Source: Chrysemys picta bellii (lineage: Eukaryota). Taken from it: 64,000 bases of DNA. The translations under genes and the position numbers were made by a program. Below, one piece after another: positions 22,001 through 46,432 of this stretch. Below the pieces are notes generated by a model. The model was not told where the DNA came from and did no database searches. It saw nothing but the letters and a program-made list of their open reading frames with translations. Each line of letters opens with the position of its first letter. The first letter of the stretch is position 1. The stretch lies in the NCBI RefSeq assembly GCF_011386835.1, contig NC_088797.1:34224001-34288000 (forward strand), written 5' to 3'.

Positions 22001-25000
22001 GGAGCCCCTTGCATGCCTGCCTCACCAGAGCCTGGGACACCACAGCCCCAGGGATATGGATGGGCCAAGACCAAATGATCCAGGAGTCACTTCTTACCCC
22101 AACCTAGGCTAAGGACACCCCCGGCTGCAGCCAAGCTGACACTTGGAGGACCGGGGCTCATTGCCCTCCTCACTCCCAGCCAATGAGGGGGTCCAGAGAG
22201 TGGCTGGATCTCAGCCCAGTTTCAAACTCAAGGTTTTGGGGTATAAAAGGGCGAGGGGCTGCACCCTGCTGGTGCCATCTAACAGACCAGACCTAAGGGA
22301 GGATGGGAAAGTGCTCGGAATGGCGTATTCAAACTATAAGTTGGACTGAATGGCAACTGTGCTATAAGAATCTCGAGAGTGCCGGGTGGGACAGCTACTA
22401 AGGAGAAGGGGAAGATGCTGTAGTATCTCTGGATAACATTTGTGGGTTCGAACTTCCGCAGGTGACTGGTTTAAGTGACCCTGCTCAGCTTGGTCTCAAA
22501 GAGGGAAGAGATGTGACAAAATGGGAATTTTTGGTAATATTTTTATGAAGCTTATGTGTGCCTCAGTTTCCCCTACATGCTACATTGTTACCCAGTGGTG
22601 GTGTTGGGAGGGGGGCAGGGCAGGACTGTTTGGTCTTGGGGCTGGCTAGGAGACAGAGGTGTGGGTGTCACCTAACTGTCTGGGCCTTAATCCCCATAGA
22701 AGTGGAGCCTGTAAAAAGACAATGGCAAATCCAATTGCCCGGACATTGATACCTGGCAACCAAGTGGCCCAGAAAACTATAGACTTCCCTGCCTTCCAAC
22801 ATGGGGGCTGGTCTCAGGTCCAGACTGAAGAGATGTGAGAGGAGGGAGAAGAGCAGGAGTCAGTTGGGGAGTCCGAGGAATCAGACAGAGGGTCAGAGAC
22901 AGCTTGAACCAAGGGGCTCACTATAGCTCGGCTGGGCTCTGGGCTAACCAGATTGGACTGTGCTTTGATGTGTTCTCTGTGCTAACCTAAGGACTGCCTA
23001 TGGTGTGTTCCAGAGGAGAACACTGTGTGAGTGTCACTGAAATGCTTGGCAAGGTGCACTGATCCCTGGGGAGTGTACCAGTCTCCATCGGGGTGTCTCA
23101 GTTGGACTCGCTGAACAAAGCTCATGGTGTGAAGCAGGAGTGCTGGAGGCCCTGAGGAACAGGTTCAGGAGGAAAGTGAAGCCGTATGGCTCACGCTTCC
23201 TCCAGGGTGAGAACCTAGGGGGACTGTCACAATGAAGCGGTTCCTCCTAGAGACTGTTCCAGAGCTGGGCCCATAGCACCGATCACGTGGATCTGTGACA
23301 CCTGCCTCCCCCACTTCCCCAGCACCCCCAGCCTGCCTCCAGTGACCTGCCACCCCCCACACACACATTACATCTATGCTGTCCCAGTGCCCCACTCCTT
23401 CCCCCCGAAGCACACAGCACCCACCTCATCGAAGAGGCGCAGGCTGTAGGTGTTGTCGTCGTCGGCGAAGTAGACCACGCCCTCCTCACTGAGCTCCCGG
23501 TTCTCCCGCAGCCACTGCAGGGCCAGGTTACGCTGCTCCACGCCACGGGGCTTCAGCCAGTTGGGGTCGCTCTCCTTGCGCTTGTGCTCCTTGGGTGTCT
23601 CCGTGTGCAGATGGGTGAAGCGCAGGCCGCTCTGGGCCAGCAGCTCCGACACCAGCTGGGTCTTCACTGGGGAGTCCTCTACCACGATCCAGTGGAAGTT
23701 CTTCACGTGCAGGAAGGTCTGTGAGATGCGCACCAGCTCAGCCTTCTGCACCAGCCTGCGGGAGAGGAGAAACAACAGAGAGATGCACCATCTCAGCTTG
23801 GCGGGCGGGGTGGGGGGGGTGGGGGAAGACAATAAAGAAATATGCCAGCTGGGGAGGAAGGGGGAAATAATAGAGAAATGCACCAGCTCAGCCTCGGGAG
23901 GAGGGGGAACAATAGAAATGGGGCAGCTCAGCCTAGAGGGAAGGGGAAAACAATAGAGGAACATACCAACTTGGCCTGGAGAACAATAAAGGGGGAGAAG
24001 CCAGAGAGAAGCACACCAGCTGGAGAAGGTGGTAGTGGGAGAGAAACCAGGGACATGCAGCAGCCTTCAGGGAAAGGGGTGGTGATGAGGCAGACTGGGG
24101 TGGGCAAGGGGGAGCACGCAGTGGAGTTAGACGGTTCCTCCCAACAGAGATGAAGCAGTCGGGTTCCAAAGAGCACCTCTTGGGTATCGAAATATCCATT
24201 TCTGGAGTTGCCAGTGCTTGGCATTAGAGAAATCTCAGCTCCTCCGGCACAAATGGGTTTAATACCAACTCTGTCTGCTGGAGGGATATTCTTCCCCTCA
24301 GCCATGTCTTACCCCAGCAAGGCAACAGTAACTGGGGGTATGGAAACCCACACTCATGATCTCATCTGACAAGGATGGGAAGAGGCAGGCCAGTTAGATC
24401 CTGGGAAATATGGCTTAGTAGCTTCTGCAGAGGTTGCTTCCCTGGGTGCTTGGGAGTGACTGGAGTGTTTCCATAAACACTGACTGGTGCTGGGCAGGGG
24501 GAGCAGGGCCCCTTTCAGCCCCCTGACTGCTAACACTGCAGCAGAGCCAGCTGGCAGGTTCCATGGGAGCCACAGGGCCCTAACCTGCTACCTGCAGGTG
24601 CCTGCTCTCCTTGCGGCTGGGTTTCAGGCTGCTGAATCCAGCCCTGGAGTAATTTCTGTTCCTAGCACATGGAGACTCTTCCCATCCCCAGCAGAGCCTC
24701 CCATCTCCCCAAGCCCAGCCTATTCCCAGCATGGCCAAGCCCCCTTCAGCTCCCCCCAGCAGGAGCTCCCACCTGGCATAGGTGGGTGTGATGGCGTAGA
24801 TGATGGGCAGTGCCTGTCCCTCCAGCTCTGGGCCCTTTCCTCGTGCCTGCAGCCGCTTCACCTCACTCAGCAGCTGGGAGATCTTCTTGTCCTTGCCATG
24901 CATGAGGTCGCTGGCTGATCGCAGGTGCTGGGAGCAGTCGCAGGGCTGCCCTGGAGCCAGGCAGAGGAGGCAGACAGGTCAGAGAAGGGAGACCCTCTGG

Positions 25001-25739
25001 GTTGCAGCTAGCCCACCCCTCCCTAGGGGAAGACTGGGCCCAACACCCTGGTCCCCAGGGTGTTCCCTGCCTGACTTGAAATCCGTGGAGTAACGGTGTT
25101 CCCAGCCCTTCCTCATCTCCCTACTGGGGAGCAGCGGGGCTCCCAGCCAGATCCATTCCCATCAGGGAGCTGCGTGGCTCCCAGCCTCTCCGCTGGGGGC
25201 GATTCCCTAGCTGGACCCAGCCACGGTCAGGGAGCAACCAGGCTCCCATCCCTTCTCCCAAACCAGCATGCTCCCTCCTAACCCACCGTCTGACCCTCGA
25301 GTATTCCTATGACTCCCCGAGTTTCCTGAGACAGGATCTGTGCTCTTCCCTCCAGTCCAATCCCTCACTCCGCACCTCTGGCTGAACTCCTGGCTCTTTA
25401 CGCAGATATCCAGTGGAGCTGGGGCAGGGGCTAGCATCCAGTAGGACAGGGGCTGGCACTGGTACCCAGACAGGCTCCCCTCTCTGTCTGTCTGTCTCAC
25501 TAGGGGGAGAGAGGATGTTCAGGGGCCAGTGACTGCTGGCACCGTGCTCTGGTGGGGATCGAGAACAGCTACTGGCCCAACAGCGCTGTCTGGGCCCACG
25601 AACCTGCTCTGAGTTCAGCCCCAGCACCGCAGCTGCTACGCTCAGCCCAGCACTCACCCAGCTGCAGCAACGCGTACATGAGCCCAATCACCGACACTAG
25701 GAAGTAAATGACAAACACATTCTTCAGCTTCACCTTCAT
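17942..25739 (-). CDS. B3GAT3: Galactosylgalactosylxylosylprotein 3-beta-glucuronosyltransferase 3 (GlcAT-I), 326 aa
   Basis: Exons 25658-25739, 24773-24950, 23425-23755, 18250-18540, 17942-18040 (981 nt). N-term [18 protein letters not shown]43 motifs TPTYAR and [12 protein letters not shown]-term [12 protein letters not shown]; synteny with GANAB. Confidence 0.97.
18640..18956. repeat. C-rich ~42-45-bp tandem repeat
   Basis: CCTGCCTCCAGCACCCTGCCACCCACTCCCTTCCCCATCAC units; a remnant continues at 23301-23360 on the far side of the LTR element. Confidence 0.85.
18957..23300 (+). mobile_element. Non-autonomous gypsy (Gmr1/SCAN-like) LTR retrotransposon, ~4.3 kb, decayed
   Basis: 5' LTR 18957-19771, 3' LTR 22512-23300 (T[G/A]TGACAAA...GTGGATC..TGACA); 5-bp TSD CCTGC; PBS 19774-19791; polypurine tract before 22512; broken gag ([24 protein letters not shown]) and protease DSG remnant near 21170; no RT/integrase seen. 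Confidence 0.85.
19774..19791 (+). other. Primer-binding site, tRNA-Leu-like
   Basis: TGGTGGTAGAGGTGGGAT vs TGGTGGCAGCGGTGGGAT (complement of the tRNA-Leu AAG/TAG 3' end as I recall it), 16/18, 2 nt after the LTR end. Confidence 0.75.
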
Positions 25740-26109
25740 GGTGCCACTCTGGCCCCTGGGGAGATGGGGAGGGAGTGGCTGGTTATGGGGGTATCCTGCT
25801 GCAGCACTCCCCCCACCCCCCAAACTGCTATGGGGAGCACATCCAGGACATGCTGGGCACATGGACACGCACCTCTAGCACCGCAGTCCCCATCTCTGTA
25901 CCATGGCCACCCTGGACCTCCTGCACCCGCCACCACTGGGAGTGTCTCCGGGCGGGGCTTACCATGTCTCTTGGTAGCCCCTGGCATGACTGGGCCCCCA
26001 GCCCTGACAAGAGCCTTCAATTCAGGCTGGGCAATGCAGCTGGAAGTGGATAAGGATTTGGAGCCATGTAAATCTCAGCCCCACCATGGCCACTGTGCCC
26101 ACTGGGGGG

Positions 26110-28700
26110 AAAGGGGGACATGGCACCATCCCTGGGGAAATCACACCCCGGGAATGGGGAGGAGGATGGAGGATGTGCCACCGTCCCCGGGGATGGGGAG
26201 GGTGTGACACCATCCCCAGGGAGATTGCGCCACAGGGATGGGGGGAAAACGTGGCATTGTCCCTGGGAGATTGCACCACAGGGATTGGGGGGGACGTGGC
26301 ATCATCCCTGAGGAGATCACACCACGGGGATGTGGTGGGGGGATATGGCACCATTCCTGGGGAGATCGCGCTATGGGAATGGGAGGGACGTGCCACCATC
26401 CCTGGGGAGATCACGCCACAGGGATGGAGTGGACAGGGGTGTGATGGAGTGGGAATTTTCTGTAATATTTTGTATGAATAGTGTGTGCACTCCTCAGTTT
26501 CCCCTGCATGCTGCATTAAGTAGGTGCTGGTTGTTTACTCTCTGCAGAGACCCAGGTGTTACTGATGCTGTCAGGGGGGTGGGACCCATGTCCCTGGAGG
26601 GTCCAAGATGACAATGGCCACTCCATTGCCCAGACATTTGGTACCTAGCAACTAAGGACCACGGATGGCCCTCCCCTCCGCAGGAAGCTAGCCATGCTTG
26701 TGGGAGAACAGGAACATAGGACTGAGGAGGGGCCAGGTGAATGGAAGCTGGAGACTCTCCTGAACTGGGACAAAAGAGGGGTCAGAATAAGGCTCTGGGC
26801 TGGCCAAGATGGACCATGCGGTAACTTTCTGTTCTCTGTGCTAAGCTAAGGACTAACAAACCCTTCTATTTTACAATGCTGGCTGAGTGCCCCCACAGAT
26901 GTCTGAGGTGGGGCATTGCTCCCTAAGATTGTACAAGTCTCCTTCAGGAGGTCCATCCCAGTTGGACTGGCTGAACGGAGCTCACGGTGTGAAGCAAAGT
27001 GCTGATGGACCAGAGGTCTAGCCTAGGAGGTGGTGAAGCCAAGTGGCTTATCCTGGAAGAAGAGTTGGGTCTGGCATGCTGCAGGAGTTTCCTCACAGAG
27101 GCAGTTCCAAAGCTTGGGCCATAGAACCAGACCTGTGGATCCAGGCCAGGAGGCTGTGGTCCCATCCCTGGGAAGACTGAACTATGGGACAGGGAGGTGG
27201 AGATATGGCACTGTCCCTGGGAGATGGCACCATGGAGACATGTGGGGTTGGACATGGGATATGGCACTGTCACGGGGAGATCACACCACGGGGATGGGGG
27301 GCAGGGGACATGGCACCGTCCTGGGGACATCGCAGCATGGGGATGGAGGGGGAGAGGGAACATGGCACCGTCCCAGGGAGATCCCATCAGAGGGATGGGG
27401 AGGGGACACGGCCCTGTTCCGGGGTGATCGCACCAGAGGGATGGGGGGGAGGGGCAGGGGACACGGCACTGCCGCAAGGAGATCGCACCAGGAGAATGGG
27501 GGGAGAGGGGGGACAGGGGACACGGCACCGTCCCGGGGAGATCACACCAGAGGGATGGGGACGGGGCAGGGGACACAGACTGTCATGGGGAGATCGCACC
27601 AGGGGGATGGGGGGGAGGACAGGGGACACGGCACTGTCCCGGGGAGATTGCATGCGGGGGGTGGGGGGCAGGGGACACGGCATTGTCCTGGGGAGATCGC
27701 AAGAGGGAGATGGGGGGGGAAAGGGACACGGCACTGTCCCGGGAGATCGCAGCACGGGGACAGAGTGGGGCAGGGGACATGGCACCATCCCGGGGAGATC
27801 CCACCAGGGGCATTGGGGGGGGAGATCGCACCAGGAGGATGGGAGAGGGGCAGGGGACGGGCAGGGGACACGGCACTGTCCCGGGAGATCGCACCAGGGC
27901 GATGGAGGGGACAGGGGACACGGCACTGTCCCGGGAGATCGCACCGGGGCGATGGGGGGCACAGGGGACACGGCACCGGCCCGGGGAGATCGCACGAGGG
28001 GGAGGGGGCGGGGGCACAGGGGACACGGCACCGTCCCGGGGAGATCGCACGAGGGAGAGGGGACGGGGGCACAGGGGACACGGCACCGTCCCGGGGAGAT
28101 CGCACGAGGGAGAGGGGACGGGGGCACAGGGGACACGGCACCGTCCCGGGGAGATCGCACGAGGGAGAGGGGACGGGGGCACAGGGGACACGGCACCGTC
28201 CCGGGGAGATCGCACGAGGGAGAGGGGACGGGGGCACAGGGGACACGGCACCGTCCCGGGGAGATCGCACGAGGGAGAGGGGACGGGGGCACAGGGGACA
28301 CGGCACCGTCCCGGGGAGATCGCACGAGGGGGAGGGGACGGGGGCACAGGGGACACGGCACCGTCCCGGGGAGATCGCACGAGGGGGAGGGGGGCGGGGG
28401 CACAGGGGACACGGCACCGTCCCGGGGAGATCGCACGAGGGAGAGGGGACGGGGGCACAGGGGACACGGCACCGTCCCAGGGAGATCGCACGAGGGAGAG
28501 GGGGCGGGGGCACAGGGGACACGCTACCGTCCCGGGGAGATCGCACGAGGGGGAGGGGACGGGGGCACAGGGGACACGGCACCGTCCCGGGGAGATCGCA
28601 CGAGGGGGAGGGGACGGGGGCACAGGGGACACGGCACCATCTCGGGAGATCGCAGCACCGGGACGGAGGGAGGCAGGGGACACGGCACAGTCCCGGGGAG
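26110..28700. repeat. G/CpG-rich minisatellite (55-bp unit in its homogeneous part), interrupted by the solo LTR
   Basis: GGGGAGATCGCACGAGGGAGAGGGGACGGGGGCACAGGGGACACGGCACCGTCCC, period 55 (28081 vs 28136); near-perfect ~27960-28640; degenerate copies 26110-26439 and 27200-27950. Confidence 0.95.
26440..27148 (+). mobile_element. Solo LTR related to the element at 18957-23300
   Basis: Shared start (TGTGATGGAGTGGGAATTTTCTGTAATATTTT), internal motifs (CCTCAGTTTCCCCT, GCTAAGCTAAGGACT, CAGTTGGACT) and end (GTGGATCC..CA); TSD not clean. Confidence 0.75.
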
Positions 28701-28797
28701 ATTGCACCACTGGAGCAGGAACACGTTGCTATGGAGACCGCGCCGCGGGGGAGGGAACGTGCTGCCGTTGCCACGGAGACCGCGGCTGGTTACTCAC

Positions 28798-29100
28798 CGC
28801 GCCGGCCCCGGGGGGTGGGGAGCGGGTCAGCAGGCGGGTCTCAGCGCCCTGCAGCCTCCTCCGCACCCGGCACCGGCATTTCCGGTCCGGCCCGCTCTCT
28901 GGTCCGGGTCCCGTAGGTCTCCTTCGTCCTCCGCCCCCTGCAACTCACTTCCGGTCCGATCCCTTCAGCAGCTCCCCCACTTCCTGTCCTTATTGCAGGA
29001 GCCCGGACTCCTGGGTTCTAAGTTCCGGCCAATCACCGGCCCCGACAGAGAAGCGGTTCCGCGTCCCTCTCCACCGAGTGGACCGAGCCCCCCGCGGGAG
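28798..29100 (-). promoter_or_regulatory. B3GAT3 CpG promoter and non-coding first exon
   Basis: Donor GCG|gtgagta at 28797; CCGGAAGT/CCGGAAAT ETS motifs; matching acceptor ccccag|GGGCC at 25755, 16 nt upstream of the ATG. Confidence 0.7.
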
Positions 29101-29477
29101 GGGAACAGGCACCGCCCAGCCAGCGAGAATGGCCGGCGGCTCTGGCCTTTGCCAGCTCCGGGGCAGTGACAGAAGGGTCCTGAGCTGTCAAGCCCAGGAG
29201 TAGCCAGAGCCAGCATGATAGCGGGGGAGGGGTTTCTGAGGCACCAGTCGGGGGCAGAGCTGGGGTGATGGGGGCAGGAAGGGGTCCTGAGGCACCAGCC
29301 GGAGGCAGGGGGCGGGGGGTGTAGAGCTGGGGTGATGGGGTGGTAGGGGGAGGAAGAGTCTCGGAGGCACAGGTGGCAGGGGATAGAGCCAACCAGCGTT
29401 GGGACAATTGCAGTTTCTGAGCCACCACACCCAGCCCCAGCAGATACACCCAGAACATCACTTTTTTTTCCTCTCTT

Positions 29478-29483
29478 TTTATT
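29478..29483 (-). terminator. Poly(A) signal, probable GANAB 3' end
   Basis: AATAAA on - strand ~1.2 kb past the GANAB stop. Confidence 0.65.
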
Positions 29484-30716
29484 GTTCATCTTTTATCAAA
29501 ACATGAAGTCAATGACTGCTTCGCCCCTTGCAGGGCCAGGCCACCCGTGGCTCTGTCTGTCCAGCCATCTGGGGGGAGGAGGCAGTTTGGGAATAAAAAG
29601 ACATGCCAGTGCCAGCTCTGCCCCTCTGTGCAAGGAATGCTACCCCACAGGCACCTGGACAGTGGCAGGGCAGGAACAGCAACATTGCAAGAGCCGAGGG
29701 AGGGCGTAGGGACGAATACTCCCGCCATTACCCCTCACTGTCACTCTTCTCCTGCCGGGAGAGGGGACGAGGCTGCCTTTGGGCCCAGTCCTAGCAGCTT
29801 GAGAGGCACCGTTAGCTCTCACTGTGAGCCAAGACGCAGCTAGTTCTTCCCCTTGCCCAGTCTGGATTCTGATCCCCACTGCCACATGATCCATCTGCTC
29901 CCTCACCACTATAAATACAAGCGACAATGAGTTGCTGTCATCCATACCTGAAACAGCAGAACCCTCCCCTTCCCAGCCTCAGGGGCAGCGCACCACCTGC
30001 CCCGCCCCTCCCCCCACCATGGGATGGGGGCAGGGGCTGCAGGAAGGTGGGGGTGCCCTCCCACCCCAGGGGTGGGATACAGGGAGGCTCCCTGCACATT
30101 CCAAAATTTGCTTCTGGTCCAGCAGCATTGCTTAGGGGACAGGCTGAGTTAGATGGGGCACCACCCATAGAGGAAGGGGAGCAAGAAGCGTGTGAGAGAG
30201 AAGTAGAGAGTCCCTCTAGGGCAGGAAGGGGGGTGTCAAAGGATCAGGCCAGCCAAAGTGTTTGGTCCCACTTTTGTGCCAGGGCACCTAAATGTTTCTG
30301 GAGAACTTGGTGACTGGGCAGCTGCTCCCGCTCCCACCTCTACTAGGAGGGGCCTCTGATCAGCAAGGGGTGTAGGACAGTAACACACCAACCTGGCTCC
30401 CAGCCCAAAGATTTGTCATTCAGAACCAGGAGCAAATATTGCTAGAAATTAGTCTATGAAGCAGCTCAGAGAAAGATAAGGATGGTAGGGGCTGGACACT
30501 CCCACCTCCCTGCCACCCCTACACTGTGAGGGCTGGGGGTGGTGGTGTCAGAACTCCCCTGTCTGCCCTTCTCAGAGGAGACCAGCCCTGAGATACAGAG
30601 AGAGGAGTGGGGTACTGCTGGCTCAAGGCCCCATTCCTGCCTGTGAAGGCTGGGGGGAGGGTGGGGGAGCATCATCCTTCACTCCAAGCCCCCCCCTCCA
30701 CCCCCACGGTACGGCA

Positions 30717-44559
<13,843 letters not shown>

Positions 44560-44563
<4 letters not shown>

Positions 44564-44800
44564 CTTGGATCGAGCCTGACCCCGCACACAGCCCCCGCCA
44601 GCACGGCTCGGTTCCCCATTGGCCCGGCGCGGCCTGAGCCCCTCCCCCCTCCCCGCTCGCCCGCCAACCTCGTTGCTGAATTATTTGTACAGGCCCCGCC
44701 CAGGTCATGAATATTAATGGTGTCGGTCCCGGACGCCCGGGTCCCGTTCCGTGAGGTCCCTGGGCTACAGCCCGGATGTTCCGGGCCCCAGGCCAAGGTG
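44560..44800 (-). promoter_or_regulatory. GANAB CpG promoter
   Basis: CpG island, CAAGATGGCG (YY1-like) over the start codon, CCAAT and GC box upstream. Confidence 0.7.
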
Positions 44801-45451
44801 ACGCCCAGCGGCTGCTGCCCACGCCCAGGGGGTCCCCTGCCCTGGCGAAGGGATCCCGGCTCTGCTCAGTCCTGCCTGAGCGCTGTGGGGCCGCGCACCG
44901 CCGGCCCAGGCTCCTGAGCTCGGGCAGCACGTGGCCAGCTGGGGGTGCTGACACTTCCGCAGGGTCACCCTCGTGGAGACAGAGCCTCCAGCTCCGGGGA
45001 GCCCAGCAATGCTGAGGGGGACCGAACAGGCAGCTGGGGCAGAAGTTACCGCTGCCCCGTGACCCAGACACACGGGGGCTCAGCTCAGAGGCAAGAAACA
45101 GATCTGGCTCAGTCATCGCGGGAGGAGGGGGCTTCCGCTGCCACCCGCACACACAGTCCTCACCACATACCTACCTCCCCTCGCCCCTGCGATCACACAG
45201 CTAGTGCGAGGCAGAGCTGGGAATGGAACCCAGGCATCCTGCCCCCCCACCCCATCTTCTGCTGGCAACACATCCAGTCACAACCCCAACCCACTCACAC
45301 CAAGTCCATGTGCACACCTCTCTCAAACACAGAGGCCCCCAACATGCCTCCGCTCCTCTGCTATAACTTCCTCAACCCCCAAGCTGCAGGTCCTGGGGCC
45401 TTACCCCCACCCCCCAACACCAACTGCAGGGGCAACAGTCCCTTCTCAGTC

Positions 45452-45457
45452 TTTATT
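45452..45457 (-). terminator. Poly(A) signal, probable INTS5 3' end
   Basis: AATAAA on - strand ~1 kb past the INTS5 stop. Confidence 0.6.
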
Positions 45458-46432
45458 TTGAAAAGGAGAAGGAATTGGCAAAGGCAACAGCAGATTGAGC
45501 TGTGTGGGATGTGGCACCCCTTTGTCCCCCTAAATAGCTGGAGTCTTCAGACAATTCCTGTTCCATTGATCCCAAAGCAGGATGTGGTTGCCGGCCATGA
45601 CAATAGAGAGATGGTGGCTCGGAGGATGATTGAGCCAGGCTGCGCCAGCACACAGCCCCTGCTAACCACAGCAGAGCCCATCCAACAGTGGTAGATGGAG
45701 GTGGAGGCTGGTTTTGGCCCCTGGGTGTCTACCCTCTGTTGAGACCCCCTTGTCCACAGCAGCTCTAAAAATAGAGCAGGAACAGAATCCACCCAGGCCC
45801 AGCTCAGCAGCACCAGGGAGTGGGGGGAGAAGGTGGGCTGGAACAGAAGTACTGAACACATCTGTATCCCCCACTTCCCACCCCCAGCCAGTTTCTCTAG
45901 CTGGGTCCCAGGGCAGAGACATGACCTTGTGGCCCTGCTGTAATTCCCCCACAAGGGGTGGGGAGACAAGAGCCCAGCAGCCTGGGAGCACTTGCAGTGA
46001 GCTGATGGGGCCTTGGGACCTGCTGAGCATGCTCAGTGCCTCACTGTGGGTGGCCCAGGGCCCTTCACTACCCCAGGGCAGCCGAAACCTGGGCCATCAA
46101 GCCCCTTGGAACCAGAAACTAAAGCTCCCAGTCCCTGAGAGAAACTGACAAGGGGGTGGAGTTTCCCCAGTGCCAGCTGCACCAGCTCCTGCCTGCAGCT
46201 CCAGCGACTGTGTGGGAGGTACCATGACCCCCTCACTGAACCCTGGGAGAATTTTACAGTTACTCTTCATTGATTAAAAAAAAAAAGTCAAATGTCCCAT
46301 CCCCCCCCACTCAAGCAGCCACTGCAGTGTCTTAGGAGTGAGGCAGGAGCTAAGTCTGGGACTGTCCTGAGATGGCAGGGGTGGCTGTGCCGTGGGAGGA
46401 GTCCAGGACTGTCCTAGGATGGGGGGGCAGCG

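Noticed and set aside
27030-29203. Six long ORFs (360-661 aa) on both strands
   Set aside because: Products of the stop-free 55-bp VNTR in B3GAT3 intron 1; open in several frames at once.
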